DNA of 63,320 nucleotides, filler included, from Trypethelium eluteriae (Eukaryota): NCBI GenBank assembly GCA_051942245.1. It is 2 parts of 2 records of this genome, joined end to end, with 100 filler letters (N's around TTAATTAATTAA, not from the genome) between each part and the next. Parts side by side here need not be neighbours in the genome. Positions count along the whole stretch, not along the records: positions 31,729 to 63,320 come from JAVECL010000271.1; 1 more part is not named here. One strand, 5' to 3'. Shown piece by piece: positions 49,501 to 63,320 of this stretch (position 1 is its first letter; each line of letters starts with the position of its first letter). The notes under the pieces were generated by a model. It saw only the letters and a program-made list of their open reading frames with translations, ran no database searches and was not told where the DNA came from. The position numbers and the translations under genes were made by a program.

Positions 49501-51516
49501 TTATTCCTGCTGCGCGCAATAGTTTCGTGTAAATTGAAGAGCGAGCAGGAAGAGAGGTGTCTTCTAATGAGAATGGGGGTTTAGGGACTCACAGTTTATC
49601 CAGCCTGCGCCCACAAACAGCAAATATCAGCCTCGCAGCACTAAAAGCCATGCCGGGAGGCCACCGTCCGACACTGACTGCCTTGTTACTCATCCTTCCT
49701 GCTTTTCTTCTCCCTCCAGGTCCCGAATTTTTCCGTTTCCTTTTAATCTCATCAGTCGTATCTGGACCAATTCCACATCCGACTCAGGGAGCCCTAGAAT
49801 TATTAATGACGAGTATGCCGCATATTTAGCATGAGAGGACCTACTCGCAGGCTACATTCGGTGGGGAGAGCCAGTATCCGGCTTCAGGAAGAAGTCAAGC
49901 TTATGATTGGACAGAGGGAACGAAATTTCCTGATCGTTTGATTGGAGCGGTACCACTCGGCTAATCATAGGATTGTGGTCATTGTGATAATTCAGAATGT
50001 AGGCGCCCATGACAGCGTCACGAAGAGGCCAATTAGGGCCACGAGGGCAACCTAGCGAGGCGGTATACAATACACGATATAGATGGGGAGCCACCCACAC
50101 ATGCGGTGTGATGAATGTAAAGGTGGAAACTGACGGCAAAGAAATAGCGGATTCCGAAGAGGGAAAGGCTCAAAGTGGAATATGATAGTGCAGGAATAGA
50201 GGTTATTGCAAATAAACCAACAAACGAACGCAAAGGCATTGTTTCACGGCAGCGAGAGCAGCGAGAAGAGGGACGTGAAAATATTACAGGCCGGACTAGA
50301 CAGTTATGCCTCAAGCGACAAGAAGTTGCGGTGTGGAAAAAAGTGAGAGAATCCACCTGAAAATTATGAGCTCTTCTGCAAGTAGGTAGATGCATCTGCA
50401 TTTCTTTCTGCACATTGTCGCCTGTCTCTTCACATATGCTGACGGGTGTATGACTACCGAGCATCCACCTGAATCTTGACTGTGCTAGATCAATCAAGCT
50501 CCTAAGAAATTGCAGCCGAGCCGAATGACGGGAATGACGAGGCCATGTGCAGGACCTGTACCTCCGCACGGTGTACCGTACTCCGTAGCTGCGGCAAGAA
50601 TGTCGCCTCATGAAATCCTAGTTAGATAAAAACTTAGTCAGCTCGGAGTCCCAGGCAGCGAAGTACCGAACGGATTAGAAATCATGAGGCCGCAAGAAAG
50701 GCCGAGTGGCGGGAACGCCGCGTGAAACCTCGTGGCGGAGGGACACCGAGCGACGTAGATTCAATCGTTTACTGTTTTTGGTCAGACGCACAGAGAAGGG
50801 TCATCTCGCGTCGTCAGAGTATGCAGAACCACCGTAAGGCTGGCGGACGCTACAGCTCATTACACTAGCGTGACTAGCTACACCGAGCTACACCTGGCCA
50901 CACCTAACCTGATACTCGGAGCAGCGGATCTACCCATGCTATCATCAGAGCGCGTCTAATTACTAGCAACAATGGGACAGAATCTGGGAAACTGGGCCAT
51001 GCTGATGAAGACCAGCAAAGAATAACATTCTCATGATCATCCGTGACTGGGGTTGACATACCCGGCGGTATGAAAATTTCTTTTCATTGACTGTTTTGGC
51101 CGACCTTCAGGCACCAAGAATACCTGTATTCAGGCAATGCAGGCGGTCTTTGCTCCAGCGCTCAGCTGGGCTCGCAGCAAGCCCGCATAACAGGGTCTCG
51201 TGTTTTGGCTGAATACGGTGCAGCGCTCGAGGGATGTTTAGTTGCCAGAAGACGAGAAGTCTAGGTAACGTCAAAGCTGTAGCTAAATGTTACAGCGCCG
51301 ATGCGTAAGCTCGGCCTCTCCTTCATTGGCTCCATTACAAAGCTCGCTCTCTGAAAGATCCATCGAAGCCGGGACGGTCACAGCATTCAGCCATATCACG
51401 TCCTGACTATCTCCCCACCTTTCTCTCTTACCAGTATCATTACATTGTTCTTCTTTCGTTCAATCTAATCTCTGAATCCTCGAGTATCCGCTTTTGTTAA
51501 GCTTCAAAAATCAATC

Positions 51517-52599
51517 ATGGATCCAAACGCCTATACCGCCCCTTTCCAACTCACCAAGAGCCTTCGCCGTGATATCTACCCCGCTATCGACCCCAAGAAC
51601 CCCGAACTCAGTGCTGCAAGCAAGACTGTTCTCATTACCGGTGCTACTGGCGGTATTGGAGGCGTACGTGAGACGTCTAGCCATGGACGTTGAAGGTTAC
51701 CAAGCTGACTGTATTTCTAGGAGACTGCCCGTGCTTGGGCTGAGGCGGGAGCAAAAGGCATTATCCTCGTTGGTCGCCAAGAGGACCTCCTTAAGGAGCC
51801 AGCCAATGCAATTGCCACCCTCTCTAAGGGTACCAAAGTCCTCATCTCCACGGCGGACATCACTTCTGAGAGCGCTGTTGAAATCCTATTCGATAAAGCA
51901 AAAGCCACGTTCGGCACCGTCGACACGATTGTCAATGCCGCAGGTACTATGACTGGGGGCCCAATTGGCGATCTTGACCCCAAAACCTGGTGGCTCAACT
52001 ATGAGGTCAATGTCAAGGGAGCCTACATCCTTGCCCACAACTTCATCAAAGCTTTTGGCGGATCAGGAACGATTATCAATCTCGTCTCTATGGGTGCTTC
52101 CTTCACCGTGCCCGGAATTAGCGCGTACTCGGGGAGTAAGTTGGCAGTCTGCAAGCTCGACGAGTATCTCGACGCCGAGAAGCCCAATCTGCGCGTCTTC
52201 AGCGTACACCCGGGGATAGTAGCCACAACCGAGACGAAGCGCGGTATGGTCGTCGACGCGTTCACGCCCTTCGCCCACGATAAGGGCATTCAGACAGGAG
52301 GTTTGTCACTGTACTTGTCCACGTCCAAGGCGGACTTCTTGAGAGGTGGCTTCATCAGTGTCAACTGTAAGTCGGCCTGTCTCTATCCCTGACCTTCATG
52401 CTTCCCGTCATTCTCCAAGCTCCTACAACACACTTGTACTCCACTCAAACAAAACACATCAGTAGTCTCTGACACCATTCGCAAAGGGGATGTCGAAGAG
52501 TTAGAAGCCCACAAGAAGGAAATTGTCGACAATAATCTTATCAAGCTCGCCTTCCTCAACGGGAAGCTCTCTCCCGAGGGCCATTCCTGGACAGCGTGA
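51517..52599 (+). CDS. Short-chain dehydrogenase/reductase
   Basis: RRDIYPAIDP, VLITGATGGIGG, IVNAAG, YEVNVKG, catalytic AYSGSK, SVHPG, LRGGFISVNW|DVEEL; two introns. Confidence 0.95.
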
Positions 52600-53049
52600 C
52601 TGGCCCCTAGTGATGGGGAGGTTGCTTCAGATTTGGCAGCGACACCGGCAGCGCCACCAGTCGGGGAGAAGGCAAGCTTAGAAAAGGAGCAGACCGTCCG
52701 AGGAGCAGCTGGTGGTAGTACTGGGGCAAGTGAAAACTACCCTGACGCGTCGCGAAGGGGGGTCATGCGATTTTTGAGGCGGTTGCGCTGCTTGTAAATC
52801 TAAGGCCCACAAAGCCGAATCTAGTCCCATTTAGCTAGGCACTTTGTCTTAACATCGTCTCGTCCAGACTTGGTAGTCGGTGACCTCTGCGAAAATTGAC
52901 AGCCCTAGCTCTTAATGGCCGAGAGCTACGTGAAAGAGTAAGGCTTGCTCCGACAATTTCCTTTGGACAAATCTCATGTCCATACCTCAAGGGTTGCTTT
53001 GCGTTAACCCTCTATCTCCTTTCTTCACCCTCTGCAATTCCTCTCCCTA

Positions 53050-53770
53050 CTCTTCACCCTCATCCCACTATCGATTTGTTCCACGACATTCCCTCTCGGG
53101 CACACATTCCACGCCTAACACGTCTTGTTCACCACCCTCGGGATCTGCACACTTCCCACAATCTCCACCGGCCGCTCCAGTATATTTATCTTTATGAACA
53201 GCCCCTCGCTAGTCTTTTGCGCGATTTAGCAATGAGACGGTCACACCCCCGGATTATTCAACCGCACATCTAACACGGCATATCCCCCCGCAGCTGATTC
53301 CGCGCCCGCACCAGCATCGTTCACCCTACCGCCCTTCCCCCTCCGCCACAAGGAGGAGGCTATGGCCATACAGGTGCATCTTATACGGGAGGATCGTGGC
53401 CTCAGGCAACTCGTTGCTCGCGATCAGCCGCACGCTGATATTAGACGCTATGTCGTAGACGTCCCACTACGGGCCCAGCGGGTAGGCGTCGTTGCGAGCG
53501 TGGGTGAGCGAGAGGAGCGGCATATTGGAGTCGCCGTGGAAGCTCACGTTGTTGGACGGTGACTTGGATCTAGTCACCCCGATTGGTTTCAATCAGGAGT
53601 CCAGGAAGTTAATATCTAACAAGCGTGATGCGTATCTGATATCTGCCAGGGATTGAGAGGCTTCGCGAGAGCGTAAAGTCATATGCTCGATTCTGACTAG
53701 TCAGCGGTCCCGGGCAACTCGTCAGGGTAGAACCACTTAGTGGTGTTGTCAGTCCAGGCCGGCACTCACT
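53050..53770 (-). pseudogene. Laccase / multicopper oxidase (AA1) C-terminal remnant
   Basis: NNVSFHGDSNMPLL...LGP*WDVYD..SNISVRLI; KMHLYGH (from HPMHLHGH, 53361-53382); NNPGV*PSHC*IA (from DNPGxWxxHCHIA, ~53225-53257); NILERP; ascomycete laccase C-terminus VVEQIDSGM (53061-53087). Confidence 0.88.
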
Positions 53771-54818
53771 GTCCTGGGTCCTCGATGTAGAAAGGGTATG
53801 TCGGAGCGTTTGCTTCCCCGAGGTTTGAAAGATCGTTTGCAGAGACGAGTTGTTCTACGAAACTTGTGCTTGCAAGATATTAGATAAGTACAATGAAAAG
53901 GATTTGAAAAGCAAAAATTACAAGAAAGAGAAGATATCTTGGTCACGAATACGAAGCTGAGCATAGACATAGTCATACTACAAGGACAATATCAGAACGC
54001 AGGGCAGGTGTTAGCCAAGTGAGGATCGGCGGTTTTTTCAGCAGATCAATCCCATTCTCCCTCCGTTATCTCTGTTTATTACTTCAATCTTTTTGACCCG
54101 TACGATGAAATGTGTTGGTCAGTACTTGCATGATCGAGTTCTCGAAGTTCAAAAGAGCCTCCATACCCAAAGTCCGGTCCATCAGCTCATTTGTTCATCA
54201 GGAGGGTGGATTTTCGGGGGGGCAATCTTGCGTAGCGGCCACAACTCGTTTCGAAGTGGATGCATGGTACGGACTCAGGAGTTCTCAGGATTTGAGACCT
54301 AGCCGTCACTGCCGCGTGGGAGTTCAAGGAAGACGCCTGTTGGAAATGAGTCAATTGTTCAAGACGACCGTGGCAATGAAGGTTGCAGCTGTCGGAGTTA
54401 GAGGTTTGCAGCGAGTGCAAAGGATGGAGGAAGAGCAACTTAAGAGGCAAAGGAATTGTGCTAGGAGCACTCTAACGGCGCAGCGAGATCCGAATATTCT
54501 AGGGAAGATTAAGACTGCGCTGCCACGGGACAAAGGTAAGCTGAGCGCTAGAACGAATACCCTTGTATTCCTCATAAATTCCGATCCACAGGAGTGCGTA
54601 TGCAGAACTCGTGGCGGTAGAGGGCTCTGCAGAGATACTTTCTGCATGACTAAGTGCTCAAAAACTTGAATTGTTACATGGACCGTCATCAGAAGTATAA
54701 AGCCGGTAGATGCTCCTTGAGAAAGTTGTTACATTCTTCAAACCAAAGATAATCGCTTCAAGGAAAGTCAACGATCAAGCTTTTGTTTCAAGAATCCAAT
54801 TTACCTAGGAGTCGCATC

Positions 54819-56201
<1,383 letters not shown>

Positions 56202-56234
56202 TGCTGAGGTGAGGCCAATACGATGCGATTTGGA

Positions 56235-56290
56235 AGAGATAGAGAGATAGGTAGATAGATAGAAAGATCGATAGACAGAAAGATCGATAC
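56235..56290. repeat. Degenerate (AGAT)n / AGAAAGATCGATA simple repeat
   Basis: gagatagagagataggtagatagatagaaagatcgatagacagaaagatcgatac, in the 3' region of the DAHP synthase gene. Confidence 0.7.
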
Positions 56291-56421
56291 CTTACCTAAG
56301 AGTACTTAGAGTACGGTACCGCACGGACCCCAGAGTTGTACCTATTGTCCTGTATTGAAAAATCAGCTTGCTCGGCCTGCCACCTTTCGCAACTTTCTCG
56401 ATGCTCCGACTGCCATCATAC

Positions 56422-56527
56422 CTTACCGCGGTTGGGGGGTTCCTCAACTGGGAATTAATACAATGTTACCTCAGTTTCACCGTTATGACCATATTGGCCC
56501 ATGTTAAGACCCCCCAACCGCGGTAAG
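56422..56527. mobile_element. MITE-like 106-bp element: perfect 19-bp terminal inverted repeats flanked by 4-bp direct repeat ATAC
   Basis: CTTACCGCGGTTGGGGGGT (56422-56440) is the exact reverse complement of ACCCCCCAACCGCGGTAAG (56509-56527). ATAC occurs at 56418-56421 and 56528-56531; the 68-bp spacer is more AT-rich than the arms. Confidence 0.6.
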
Positions 56528-56725
56528 ATACTCCACTGCAGACCGTCAGCACTGCCTTGTTGAATTGAAGCTTCTTACAAAGGCCTCCTGATCACCGAGT
56601 GTGCCAAGCCTTATCGTATCCCCGACCCTTTCATCTCTCTCTGATTTCATTCGCGATCCCTCCATTTCGATGCAATCATCAGTTTTCTCTTTTTCTCCAA
56701 CCAACTGAACCGCCATCGACCCAGC

Positions 56726-58189
56726 ATGCAGGCCTCAGAAAGTATCTCGGCAAGCCCTTCCTTCACTTCTGGGACTCCGCTGCATCTCCTGGTCGTTGGT
56801 GGAGGCCTTTGTGGACTTGGCGCAGCCATTGCAACTCGTCTCGCTGGTCACCGCGTCACCGTACTTGAAGCCGTCTCGTCGTTGCGAGAAGTGGGTGCCG
56901 GATTACAGCTGACACCGAATGGAGTACGCCTGCTGGATGCCTGGGGGCTGACAGCTGATTTGGCAGACCGCGTTGCATCCATAGACTACATCCGCATGAG
57001 ACGTTACGACGGGCAGCTCCTTGCTGAACGTGTTGATTACGCTACGGAGCTTCGCTCTCGTTATGGTGTTCCAATTTGGTGTTTACATCGGGCGGATTTG
57101 CAGGATGCCATGGTGGCCCGAGCGAGAGCGCTCGGTGCCGAGATCCGACTCAACGCCAAAGTGGAACATGTGGATGGAGAGAATGCCAAGGTCGTGCTGG
57201 CCAATGGAGAGACCATCGAAGCAGACATAGTCCTTGGAGCTGACGGATTGTGGTCGACAACAAGAGATGTGCTTCTAGAGACCGCGGTCCGGCCTGAACC
57301 CACTGGCGATCTAGCTTATCGAATTCTACTCGACAGAGATAGTCTCGTCGAAGAGGATCTCCAGCAATGGCTCAAAACACCTGGCATCAATATCTGGATG
57401 GGTCCCGGAGCTCATGTCGTTGCATATGCCATCAAAGGGGGAAGATGGCTAAACATGGTTCTCTTGGTGCCTGACGACCTCCCGGAACATGTGCGAAAGG
57501 CTCAGGGAAATCTGAATGAAATGAAAGGATTATTTGAGGGATGGGACCCAAGACTGAGGCAGTTTCTCCGATATACAAGCAAAGTTGAAAAGTGGCGATT
57601 AAACTATTGTATGTCTCGGAAACTTCGATGAGATGGCGAATCACTGATAGCAAGCAGTGGCGCCGATCCCGCGCTGGAAGACCACCAGTGGCTCATACAT
57701 CATCGCGTGAGACGAAATCTCCTACCTCATTCTTCTAGGGAAACTGATTTGATCCAGTGGGGATTGTGCTCATGCAATGCTTCCATACATGTCGCAAGGT
57801 GCGAACTCAGCGTTGGAAGATGGCGCAACGATTGGGGCATTGCTATCTAAGGTACAACGCAAAGATCAGATACGCGCAGCGATGGATATGTACGACGCAG
57901 TCCGGCGATCACGTGTTGATCAGCTTATGAGAGAGACGTTCGCTCAAGGCGAAGAGCATCACCTTGCAGACGGAGACCTACAGAAAAAACGAGATTCTCT
58001 TTTGGCCCGCTCCATGGATGCAGCAGAATCAGCGAATTGCGAAATGCCATGGTAAGAACATCGTTTGGTATATATGCGGAGGACAAGTCTTTAACGATAC
58101 ATAGGACACATCCCAAGATTCAGCCCTGGATCTTTAGCTACAATGCATATGAGGAAGTTAGGAAGGCTTATGAAGCAATGCCTTTCTAG
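56726..58189 (+). CDS. FAD-dependent monooxygenase (salicylate hydroxylase-like)
   Basis: VVGGGLCGL, EVGAGLQLTPNG, LHRADLQ, LGADGLWS, TGDLAYR, GDCAHAMLPYMSQGANSALEDG; three introns; ends RKAYEAMPF* (TAG 58187-58189). Confidence 0.95.
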
Positions 58190-58190
58190 T

Positions 58191-59559
58191 CTACCGTAAA
58201 GCCAGCTTAGACACAAACTTATCGACACCATTCGTACAGCCGAAGTCTATGAAACTCGGCAGGACAGCTTCTACCACAGCGTGCTTTGCTCCTTCGCTTC
58301 CTTTCCAGATTTTTCGCAAAACCAAACCAGAGGCGCTGATTAGCTCATGCCATTGGCTTTCTGTTCTCTCCATACCACCAAAACTCATCATATTCAGATC
58401 TTGTAACGCCATTTCCCGCGTGGATCCAACATCTGGCAAGGCCATATCAACGATAACCACGCGAGAGCGGGCATCCATAGCGTAACGGGTATTTTCGAGA
58501 ATCATTCTCGACGTCTCCTGATTCCAATCGTGAAAAATGCGCCGAAAATGATATATTCGTGCTCCTGTGAAGTATTAAGGGCTCTGCACATTCATAGCAA
58601 CACAGGACCTACCTTTGATCTCAAGAGGCTCAAAGAATGAACCCACACGCGTCTCAATTTCTTCATCAAGTCCTTGGCATCTCGCATCTTTCACCACATC
58701 TGCGAGATCCTGGAGGATAAGCTGACCTTTCAGATCTGGATAGTCTTGCTTGATCGCTTCCAAAGCCTGGCCGCGTCCACCACCAACATCCACAATCGCA
58801 ACCTCACCCTCTCTACATGGCGCCTCGGCGAGAACATCGCCAAACGGAAACACACCACTCTTCTTACCACCTCCGATGGTCGTCTGCGAGCGCATCCCCG
58901 AGTTGAAGCGCTCCATCCGTTCCGGCTTCTCCTTGAGATACTCCCAAAACCCGAGCTCCGTACGCGCGCCAAGTTGAAAGGGTCCATTGTGGTAGCCGCC
59001 CGTGCTTTGCCAATGGTTGCGCATGCCGAACTCGGGAAGGGCAAAGACACCGCGGCAGGTGAAGTCGTACATTTGCGCCGTCATGTTGCGATTCTCCGGG
59101 GCGATGTAGGCGGACGAAAGCGCGCTGTGCGCGTAGGTAGCCGGTCCCGTCTCGCGAAAGAAGTGCGTGCTGGCGCAGGCTCGGAGGATGCGAACCAAGA
59201 AGTCTCGGTTGACGCTCAGACGAGCCGCCAGGATATCGGCGGTGATGGAAGAGCCGTCTGTTGGCATCACGTCAAAAACGCCCATGGCGATGGCGCTGCG
59301 AATCGCTGCATTTTGAGCTGTCTGAAAACGATTTTCATTAGCTATCCCGAGTGGCCAGAATATACGTATAGATCCTCACTTGTGTGGCAATGTAGTATAC
59401 ATTCTCGGCTGGCTCTCTTGCTGCTATTGCCAGCTTCTCGGCCGCAAGGGCAAGTGCCTCTCGTTCTTCGTCCTTATAAGTACCGTTGTTAAGGGAGGGA
59501 ACTGCCGCAGAGTTGATGGCATCGACAAGGCCAGCAATGGCCGAAGCTTCGGTGGGCAT
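58191..59559 (-). CDS. SAM-dependent O-methyltransferase (fungal secondary-metabolite type)
   Basis: MPTEASAIAG start; winged-helix-type LVRILRACAS; IVDVGGGRG, LILQDL, GSFFEP, YHFRRIFHDW, DLNMMSFGGMERTESQW; two introns. Confidence 0.95.
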
Positions 59560-60439
59560 GATGGAGACTCGGATGCCGTATTGAACGCTTGAGAAAAACG
59601 TACGAGCTCTGATATAATCAGCTAGAAGTGGGATATGAAATATCAGGTGCCCAGAATCCAAAACTGTGAGGACCTATAGTGGTACTTGAGCTTTCTTTTG
59701 TTGTGTTCTAGCTCGCTCATGTTGCTGTACCTTGGTAGCTACTTGCGCCACTCAGAGCATATCAAACGGACAACGGAAAAGATAGTCGTTCCGATATTAT
59801 TGGCCAGAGGGCTCAAGCCGCCGAGTAGCAAGTACTGCACATTGATCATAGGCGGAGTCCGCTCCTGATTAAACGGTGAAAAAGACCATTGGCCATATTG
59901 ATGAGGCACATTAACATTGCACCAGATTGGAAAGTAGAATCCACCTACAGACCGTGAGCTCGCTGCTGCATCATCGAGTCGCATCTGCAAATTCTCACGT
60001 CAGGCTATCTCGGTTTTTATCGCTTCTTTTCGGTCCTGCTGTCGGTGCGAGGCGCTTCACTTGCATGTGCATGATGCAGGTGCATGCAAGAAAATGCATA
60101 GCAGTCCAGTCTTGTACCTCAATAATCATGTATACCCGCAGCTTGTGGAAGTCAGAATGGGGAGTCGGTGAGTTTGCCTTACTCAGCTTCAGCAATCGGT
60201 CTCCTACGTATCATGGCCGAATTCGAAAGATACCTCCTAGGTAGGTAATCGCGACTTCTACAGCAGGTAATGGAGCGCAAATACGGATCATTGCCGACGT
60301 GCCTTGCCGCAGTAAGAAATGAAATAAATCGCTTCTACTGTTGCTTTTTTATGCTCAAAAGCCCTCTTTTAACTGAATTCAATCTACCACAATCCATTTA
60401 TTTTCCATATTGACGAGCAGCCTCTACACGATCTTCAAC

Positions 60440-61575
60440 ATGTCTTCTCTAAATTCATCGTCGAAAGTAAATCTGAAGATCATTGGCCTGCAAAACCTTC
60501 TCAAAGAAGATAAGCATGAATATACAAAGCTCTTGCAGGCGGTTAAGGAGGAAGGTTTCTTCTACCTCGACTTCCGCCAAATAGATCATGGTGCTGCTAT
60601 GCTGAACACGATTGAGCGCATGTTCAAGTTTCAGGAAGATCTCTTCAATCTTCCACAGGATCAGAAAATGAATTATGATGTAGATAGCCTGAGTTATATG
60701 AAATTGAATGGGTAAGGATCAGGTAATTCCGCATTTCACACCTTCCATGACTGATGAAACCAGATACAAGCCGAAGGGTCGGAACTTTGGCGGACTCGAA
60801 GGCAAGAAAGACGGATTCGAAAGCTGGGCTGTAGGTTTCTCGGAATGATCATGTGGTCCTGCTGTTGCTCATGTTCGTGATATAGATTCCAAAGAACGGA
60901 GTATTGGGTCTCAGCAATGAGCCCTTCTCCCGACCGTCCAAGATGGACGAGAACATGCCTCTCTTGCGAGAATTCCTGAATAAGATGCTCTTAGTCACGA
61001 GCACCATCCACGCCAGTCTCTCCCGTGCACTCAAACTTGAAGTCGGTCAGCGCTTCGAGGACTTCCACCGCCCTGATCAGCCCTCTCCATGTCTCCTCCG
61101 CTTGCTCAAGTACCACCCTCAACCTATCGACGAGCGTGGCCCGCCACAGGCGCCCCATATCGATCTTGGTAGCCTAACCATCCTCTTCACCAAGCAGCCT
61201 GGCCTTCAGGTTCTCCCCAAGGGCGTGCAAGAGTGGTCGTTTGTCGAGTCGAAATCCGGCCATGCCATTGTCAACATTGGAGACAGTATGTCGGTGATGA
61301 CGAACGGACTCTTCCAGTCATGTCTCCATCGTGTGTCGCCTTTGCCCGACCAGTGCATGCAGACGCGGTATTCGATGGCGTATTTGCAGCGGGCGGAGGC
61401 GCGCACGCCCTTGACGGGGGTTGAGGGCCCTGATATCCCAGTCATCGATAAGAGCAACGAGGTTCTGACGAGTGGTGAATGGGTGAACAGGAAATTTGGG
61501 ATGTTGAGGGCAGAGACGCACGTGAACGATGAGGAGTGGATCCTAACGGGAAGGACTAGCAGTTTGCCCGCTTGA
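60440..61575 (+). CDS. 2-oxoglutarate/Fe(II)-dependent dioxygenase (IPNS/DIOX-like)
   Basis: LLQAVKEEGFFYLD, G|YKPKG, LRLLKYHP, HIDLGSLT (HxD), GLQV, IVNIGD, LHRV (distal His), RYS (RxS); two introns. Confidence 0.95.
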
Positions 61576-61805
61576 ACGCTACTAAATGGTCGCAAGGGTC
61601 CAAGTATAGCAAACCTCTAAGGTTACTCGTATTCATACGAGCGAGCAGATTATGGGCATTACTTGTTGGTTATTGTCTACATCATCAAGGCGCATTGATG
61701 GTTAGCTCAGGATGTCGTTCAGAGGCAGTAACACTCACTCAAGAACAATGAAATCAAAACCAATCACTGAAGAAAGCTTATAGTCAGGCGTGTGGAGAGG
61801 ATGTC

Positions 61806-62428
61806 TCATGGCTCTATCTTTTGCTGGGCAAGGTATTCGTGATCATTCACGCTAGCCATCAGATGCACACTGGTGGTGCACAACCCTTCAAGTAACTCTT
61901 TTCCTAGTGCACTCTCGGAATCGCTTATATCCGCTATATTACAGTAATCTGAACCAGTAGCCACACAACGAGACCTATGCTCCACAACACCACTGCACAA
62001 AAATTCGATCCCCCCAAACATGAAGATAGAAAAGTGATTACTGTTAATCTGACGACCAGAAATGAAACGTCTCCTCTTGACATCCAACACGGCGATACCT
62101 AGGTCTTCAAAAGCATGTGCCAATCCATTTCACATACTTTGTGTGTTTTGGCGATTATATTGTCCGAGGCTGATGTGGGTATGCCGATTTCGGGCCAGAT
62201 GAGTTTCCTAGCTCCACATCTTGAATTGAAAATTGTTTGGATGTGAGGCTGTAGCATTGTAGGCTCTAACTTGCGTGTGCTGCCCGTTCTGGAACTGCTT
62301 TGATTCTGATGTTCGCTTGTATTTGCGATAGAAGTAGTAAAAAGCCACAAGTAGCCCGAGAGCGACAGGAATGGCTAAAATAACCGCACCAAGTCTGCTA
62401 AAGGCCTTACTTAGGTTGCCACCCATCT
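61806..62428 (-). pseudogene. Possible degraded single-TM hypothetical gene
   Basis: MGGNLSKAFSRLGAVILAIPVALGLLVAFYYFYRKYKR (TM plus basic anchor). The same frame continues into the 61806-62123 ORF across TAG (62208) and TGA (~62130) stops; an alternative short intron is possible. Confidence 0.35.
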
Positions 62429-63320
62429 CATTAGATTGTGGTCTGTGTATTGAGATTTCAATGTTGTGGCTATACAATCGTTTGAAGGTAAAATTTGATG
62501 AGATTGAATAAGGGTAGAGAAGGATACGTAAACTCCGTATGGAGGTCTGCGACAAGTCAGGTTGCACTCTAGCCAATAGCTTCCGTGAGTTGTGGAGACT
62601 TTTTGTTATGCAAATAAAGAGAGTCTGAAGACAGCAGGTACCGACGCGCGAGGAAAAAGGGGCTTGAAACTGAGTGACAATACAATTAGTCCGTCGCGGG
62701 AAAGTCTGACAACTTGCAAAGTCGTGGTGTAGAGTAACATGGATCCGTCAGAGTACTATATCATGCCCAATGCATGTTAGAAGGCATCACAAACCGGTAT
62801 CTAAATGATGCGTGACATGTTCGTAGAATGTATGACCAGTTCTAAGTGAATTCTCCAAAATATCACACCCCAGAAGACACATGGAAGATGTCATATCCAA
62901 GACGCATGATCTGTGCAGGCAAACCACAGCGAGTCACTCTTATCAATATGGGAATACCAAGCAGCTCCTCTGACTTTAAAGACAAAGCCAAATAAAGTAA
63001 GAACATAGCTATTGCATGTCCAGAAATTTATCTTGGTGTAACCTGACATGTCGTATGACTCCACTGATGCTAAGTCGATCACTGATATGTTTACTCTCAA
63101 ACTGTCTACAAAATCGACTCACCATGTTCGCCACAGGGGCCATTCTATCGAGGCTTCTCTATCTTACCTGCAACACCTTCTTGATGATGTTCATGATGTT
63201 CTTCATGAAGTTGATCCAATCAACCTAGCCTACCGCGTAATCTCGCTATGCTCTACACGAGGGTCAATGCGCGAGATTCTCGAACCTACTACGTAGGTCC
63301 TCATTTTACTAGTTAATTAG

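Noticed and set aside
58674..59492. 272-aa plus-strand ORF
   Set aside because: Antisense shadow of the O-methyltransferase exon.
62891..63296. Short ORFs at the window end
   Set aside because: No recognisable motif; cannot be judged without downstream sequence.

Overview
Intron-containing DNA from a filamentous ascomycete. An artificial 100-nt scaffolding linker (N44-TTAATTAATTAA-N44, 31629-31728) splits the window, so the two halves may not be physically adjacent. Left half: a partial coiled-coil gene, then an accessory island (2.2-13.2 kb). The island holds a UBA-ankyrin-AAA+ gene (ClpB/Skd3-like), a BTB gene, an intronless 1242-aa fusion of stonustoxin-like MACPF, Cys-rich and P-loop GTPase regions, and decayed RCC1 and ankyrin genes. 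After it come a sugar porter, a membrane protein, a GH12, JEN1, eIF5B, a Yip1-family gene and an FAD monooxygenase. Right half: a disordered hypothetical protein, a type II membrane EGF-domain protein, an intron-containing tRNA-Glu(TTC), a C-terminally damaged 3'-5' exonuclease, a PTH11-like gene, an MFS pseudogene, an SDR and a laccase remnant. It ends with a compact candidate shikimate-fed biosynthetic cluster (DAHP synthase, FAD monooxygenase, O-methyltransferase, 2OG-Fe(II) dioxygenase) with no PKS/NRPS in the window and a MITE-like 106-bp inverted-repeat element inside it. All calls come from reading motifs by eye; no searches were run.
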